A DNA stretch of 64,000 nucleotides from Phoronis australis (Eukaryota; Animalia; Phoronida): contig NMRA01000564.1 in assembly GCA_002633005.1 (NCBI GenBank), positions 1 through 64,000 on the forward strand, in the 5' to 3' direction. The stretch's first letter is position 1. The number at the start of each line of letters is the position of its first letter. Positions 40,001 through 64,000 of this stretch are shown in pieces. A program made the translations under genes and the position numbers. Below the pieces are notes generated by a model that was not told the origin of the DNA, did no database searches, and was given only the letters and a program-made list of their open reading frames with translations.

Positions 40001-41421
40001 AACCATTTAGACCAATACACTTTTTAAAAAAACTGTCGAGTGATCAATCCATACTGGAATATTTGAAAAGAACTGCGTTTGTTGATTTTTCAAAATGCCG
40101 CCCAGTGTGTGAGGAGGATGTCAAACTGATTAAGTCTGCTGCCACGTGGTTACTTCAGAGAAGTGGTGGCAAACAATCGTCTTTGAAAGATCTGATTCCT
40201 TCGAAGCCAGTCGCGATTACCGACAGACACCACATCGAGAGGTTAAAGCAAATGGGAATAGATATTAATGAGATGAGGCTGCTAAAGTTAGAGGAAGCAG
40301 ACGAAATACTTTTTGTGAAGCTGGCTGGGCTTGAGCTGTTGAATCGTGTTGGTATCAATACGAAATGCCATATTGAAGAGCTTGAAAGCGACAAAGATGC
40401 TATTCGTGCTTGCTCGCGTGTTTTGAAGAACACAACGATAAGCAAGTCGGACTTGCCAAAAAAGAAGTCTAAGTCCAGTGGCACACAAATACAAAATATT
40501 AGCGCAGGAGAATTAATGCGCAACTTTGGTGCAGAACTCCTAAAAAGAGCGGGGATTAATCCAACGCTTTTGCTCAACAATATGAAACCCAAAGTAGATT
40601 TGAGATCATCGAAGTGTATTACCAAGCTTAGAATGTTTGGCATAGACCTTGAAAAGCACGCAAGGAGTAACGTACACTCACAAGATGGGCATAATTTGTC
40701 GATTCAGGCAGGGCTAGAGTTACTAAAAAGAGTGGGCGTGAGCATTAAGAAGTTAAAAGGATTTGTTAAGCCGAAGCAAGTGGACGATCCAGTTCTACTT
40801 GCGGCGGGATTAGATTTAAAGACCCACTCAAAAATGGACCTAGGTATACCAGAAAACTTTGCAGTCACAAAAGAAGCCGGAGCTGAGCTTCTACGTCGAG
40901 CTTCTGTGAACGTGAAAAAACAACTTGCTTTCAAGCGTGCCAAACAAAAGATCCGGAACATAGACTTTGAGTCTGGTGTCGTTACTGAACAAATGAAAAA
41001 AATTGGCATCGACCTCGAAAAGTTTTCGAAGGGAAATCAGCAGACAACAGCAGGACGTGAAGTAAATCTCTCGGTAGGTCTTGAGCTAATTAAGAGGTCA
41101 GGCGTGACAAAAGATGTGTTGACTGAAATTCGTGCACTGGATTCATCTGACAAGTGCAATAAATCGGCAACGAAAGTGGGTGCATTACATCAAACAGAGA
41201 TCCCCATATTGCAATCGCGTTTAACTTCTAAGGGCGCCAATCCAAAGCTGCCAAAATATGAAATTACTAATCGCAAAAACAATAGAAACAGTCGTTCTTT
41301 GAACACGTCAAGTTCACAGGCAAATAAATTGTATGAGATTTCGACTGAAACTGCTGTGAAGAAGAAAACAAACACCAAAAAGACGCCCCCTGTTATTGCA
41401 TTCCTACGAGAACTTAATTGA
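10063..41421 (+). CDS. Giant single-pass receptor, 21 coding exons seen: Kringle-FTP(F-type lectin-like)-Kringle-15xIg-TSP1-TM-~2,700 aa repeat cytoplasmic tail (~4,700 aa; signal exon not located)
   Basis: Chain of AG/GT-bounded phase-1 exons that join in frame, each encoding a recognisable module; the terminal exon carries TM LLVGSLTAVVIIVGVAILLIIAW followed by RRKRK. Confidence 0.85.
10069..10332 (+). CDS. Exon: kringle domain 1
   Basis: TCY..G.KYKG..ACM.W..FCRN..PWCF..LCGIPKC (6 Cys); acceptor ccag (in-frame alternative tag gives start 10063); donor gtaata. Confidence 0.85.
11461..11661 (+). CDS. Exon: N-terminal half of FTP/F5-8C-like (F-type lectin fold) domain
   Basis: tttcag|..ENYLRG..ITDGDRNECFRT..VTHLRLT..|gtaag; 201 nt, phase 1-1. 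Confidence 0.7.
12596..12808 (+). CDS. Exon: C-terminal half of FTP-like domain
   Basis: HLKGFQVFL..C..LEC..IEICEVEAY matches the FTP C-terminal L-CEVEVY pattern; tttcag / gtatgt; 213 nt. Confidence 0.75.
13716..13991 (+). CDS. Exon: kringle domain 2
   Basis: ECL..GVGYSG..TCINW..HNYCRNP..PWCY..SCSIPVC; ccag / gtaagt; 276 nt. Confidence 0.92.
14810..15154 (+). CDS. Ig-like exon 1 (C2/CD80-like)
   Basis: YGP..LACTT..VRW..HNGDILSCEGKN; cag/gtaagt; 345 nt. Confidence 0.88.
15533..15862 (+). CDS. Ig-like exon 2
   Basis: GP..LICSTDSVSP..VKW..IRCRSTN; cag/gtaaga; 330 nt. Confidence 0.88.
16476..16793 (+). CDS. Ig-like exon 3
   Basis: GP..FTCTSDDIYP..LTW..LTCKA; tag/gtaagt; 318 nt. Confidence 0.88.
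17635..17949 (+). CDS. Ig-like exon 4
   Basis: GP..LHCLTDSV..VYW..CRCRARN; tag/gtaagt; 315 nt. Confidence 0.88.
18223..18531 (+). CDS. Ig-like exon 5
   Basis: GP..VKCETDDVN..QNGRFIKCYAEN; tag/gtaggt; 309 nt. Confidence 0.87.
18719..19060 (+). CDS. Ig-like exon 6
   Basis: GP..IRCQTDTINP..VRW..LNGMVIACTATN; cag/gtaggt; 342 nt. Confidence 0.88.
19689..20015 (+). CDS. Ig-like exon 7
   Basis: GP..LVCETDNVN..HNQRSMTCVAKN; cag/gtaagt; 327 nt. Confidence 0.88.
20477..20812 (+). CDS. Ig-like exon 8
   Basis: GP..LTCATDSVN..IQW..VVCSARN; cag/gtgagt; 336 nt. Confidence 0.88.
21415..21600 (+). pseudogene. Degenerate partial tandem duplicate of the acceptor and 5' third of Ig exon 9
   Basis: Aligns to ~21630-21840 (AGPASA-SPGNCVENGLEVTENNIAQI vs DGPASVTLLASTGNFVENRFEVTENNKAQI); small deletion, no donor. 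Confidence 0.8.
21750..22040 (+). CDS. Ig-like exon 9
   Basis: GP..ISCTPEGIN..ITW..IKCLAFN; cag/gtaagt; 291 nt. Confidence 0.88.
22222..22624. mobile_element. MITE with catagac..-type termini; partial copy at ~48488-48644
   Basis: catagattata..atagattcgcaactccg versus cggtgttggcggtctat..tatagtctatg; the 3' ~160 bp recurs in an ABCB intron. Confidence 0.65.
22777..23294 (+). mobile_element. Kolobok-like MITE (TTAA TSD)
   Basis: ttaa|agaggcgtggaacgc ... gcgttccaggcctct|ttaa. Confidence 0.8.
23336..23665 (+). CDS. Ig-like exon 10
   Basis: GP..IKCATDAVHP..VEW..HNGKTLTCEAAN; tag/gttagt; 330 nt. Confidence 0.88.
24109..24441 (+). CDS. Ig-like exon 11 (second canonical Cys replaced by Tyr)
   Basis: GP..VECRTDGVNP..VEW..INYSSWN; tag/gtgagt; 333 nt. 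Confidence 0.85.
25574..25894 (+). CDS. Ig-like exon 12
   Basis: GP..LTCSTDDVYP..ISW..QNGLELSCKGVN; cag/gtaagt; 321 nt. Confidence 0.88.
27352..27687 (+). CDS. Ig-like exon 13 (extra Cys)
   Basis: GP..IDCSTTPSCP..VSW..FECSANN; cag/gtaagt; 336 nt. Confidence 0.86.
27775..27885 (+). repeat. Tandem duplication, ~56 bp x2
   Basis: aacaatcat..tcatgaat.tacaagagcta.att..aacc occurs twice. Confidence 0.75.
28192..28527 (+). CDS. Ig-like exon 14 (second canonical Cys replaced by Phe)
   Basis: GP..LKCLTDAVKP..HNFKQVIFHAVN; cag/gtgagt; 336 nt. Confidence 0.85.
29110..29255 (-). mobile_element. Penelope-like element, GIY-YIG C-terminal fragment
   Basis: EDNWFKRGVKEALH..E.PS.NKRGGLRFNL..VWD resembles the WFERGVKEAI..PSLNRGGGLR tail. 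Confidence 0.75.
29931..30236 (+). CDS. Ig-like exon 15
   Basis: GP..FVCEVDEVYP..FSW..IGCEAKN; cag/gtgagc; 306 nt. Confidence 0.87.
31323..31496 (+). CDS. Exon: thrombospondin type-1 repeat
   Basis: VDGSWGLWSDWDNCTASCGNG..RRRTCDSPAPRHGGRIC.G..C; cag/gtaag; 174 nt. Confidence 0.93.
31660..32412 (+). mobile_element. Kolobok-like MITE, same family as 22777-23294 (longer variant)
   Basis: ttaa|ataggcacggaacgc ... gcgttccaggcctct|ttaa; 3' 300 bp similar to 23000-23294. Confidence 0.72.
32662..33170 (-). mobile_element. Kolobok-like MITE, inverted copy of the same family
   Basis: ttaa|agagccctggcacgc..; reverse complement matches 22820-23294 (shared spurious RKCPKNDKI ORF). Confidence 0.75.
33272..41421 (+). 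CDS. Terminal exon (8,150 nt): TM helix plus cytoplasmic array of ~35 novel ~60-65 aa repeats and an acidic tract
   Basis: tttcag acceptor in phase 1; uninterrupted frame to TGA at 41419-41421; recurrent GIDL / AGxELLKRxGIDL motif. Confidence 0.9.
39595..39684 (+). repeat. Coding minisatellite, 5 x 18 bp (EESSTE)
   Basis: gaggagtcaagcacggaa x3 plus two variants. Confidence 0.95.
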
Positions 41422-41908
41422 AGACGACATCTCGTCTTCGTGCAAATGTGTGAAAGTTGAACCATGTACTGTCTATTTAATGCAGACAACTGCGGTTTGG
41501 TGTCATGTTTGCCTTTTGGATCGACGATTTCCCAGACGTATAATGAAAAGCTGTTCTCATCATTTCTGCTCTAGTTACGCCATGTGACGAGAAGAATTGA
41601 TGTTATGTTTGCGTTTTTCAAACTCAGAAATATATAAACTGATTAGTTATCGTTTATTATTAAGCAAAAATCCTGCATAAATCTTGGTTATTGATATGTC
41701 TAATATTAATGTCTAATTTGACTTTAACCAAGACACACAACATATGAACTGTGTCAAGTTGATTACTAAGTAAACATAACAAAACATGCAGCAGACAAAG
41801 GAAAATGAGCCGACGCTGTAGGTAGATGATGGCAAAACGATAACGAGCATCGATATAGCTATGAGCAATATCCAGTTCTTGTAGATGTGTACAGTAGTGA
41901 TGTCTCGA

Positions 41909-63760
<21,852 letters not shown>

Positions 63761-64000
63761 CTAAAACCAAAAAAACATAACAGATATTTAAGAACTGTTT
63801 GTGCTAGGAAAAGGTATTTATGATCGACATATGTCCAGAATAATGGAAAGGTCAACTTCGGTCTAGTACGTCAAAGTTATCGCCATGGGCCAGCTGCTAT
63901 CGTCAACAAGTTAAAAGGCAGTGTCGTCGATAATATTTGCTAATGTTTCACTCAAGTAATCACCAATCAAACTAGAAATAACTTCTATGCCAATTATAAA

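Noticed and set aside
33272-41421. Terminal exon as a transposon, viral ORF or horizontally transferred gene
   Set aside because: No RT, integrase or transposase motifs, no TIR or LTR; it begins with a TM segment homologous to the neighbouring paralog's terminal exon.
33237-41489. Numerous minus-strand ORFs
   Set aside because: Antisense shadows of the long coding exon.

Overview
Eukaryotic (metazoan, probably invertebrate) genomic DNA with spliced genes; no prokaryotic features. (1) ~766-6015 (+): 3' end of a receptor gene. It has a TSP1 exon in two near-identical copies around an N (probably an assembly or haplotype duplication) and a TM + short-tail exon with an in-frame TAG right after the TM. 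(2) ~10063-41421 (+): a giant single-pass receptor built entirely from phase-1 exons: kringle - F-type-lectin(FTP)-like - kringle - 15 Ig-like domains (one per exon) - TSP1 - TM. One 8.15-kb terminal exon then encodes a ~2,700-aa cytoplasmic region with ~35 copies of a ~60-65-aa repeat (GIDL...AGxELLKRxGIDL) that I do not recognise, interrupted by an acidic Ser/Glu tract. The predicted product is about 4,700 aa; I did not find the signal-peptide exon. (3) 41909->63760 (-): an ABCB1/P-glycoprotein-type full ABC transporter (23 exons visible, 5' end outside the window), convergent with the receptor and with a predicted GC-AG intron. Introns contain TTAA-TSD (Kolobok-like) MITEs, a 5-bp-TSD (hAT5-like) MITE family, foldback elements, and LINE, Penelope and SINE remnants. 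All exon coordinates were read by eye from splice motifs and reading frame.
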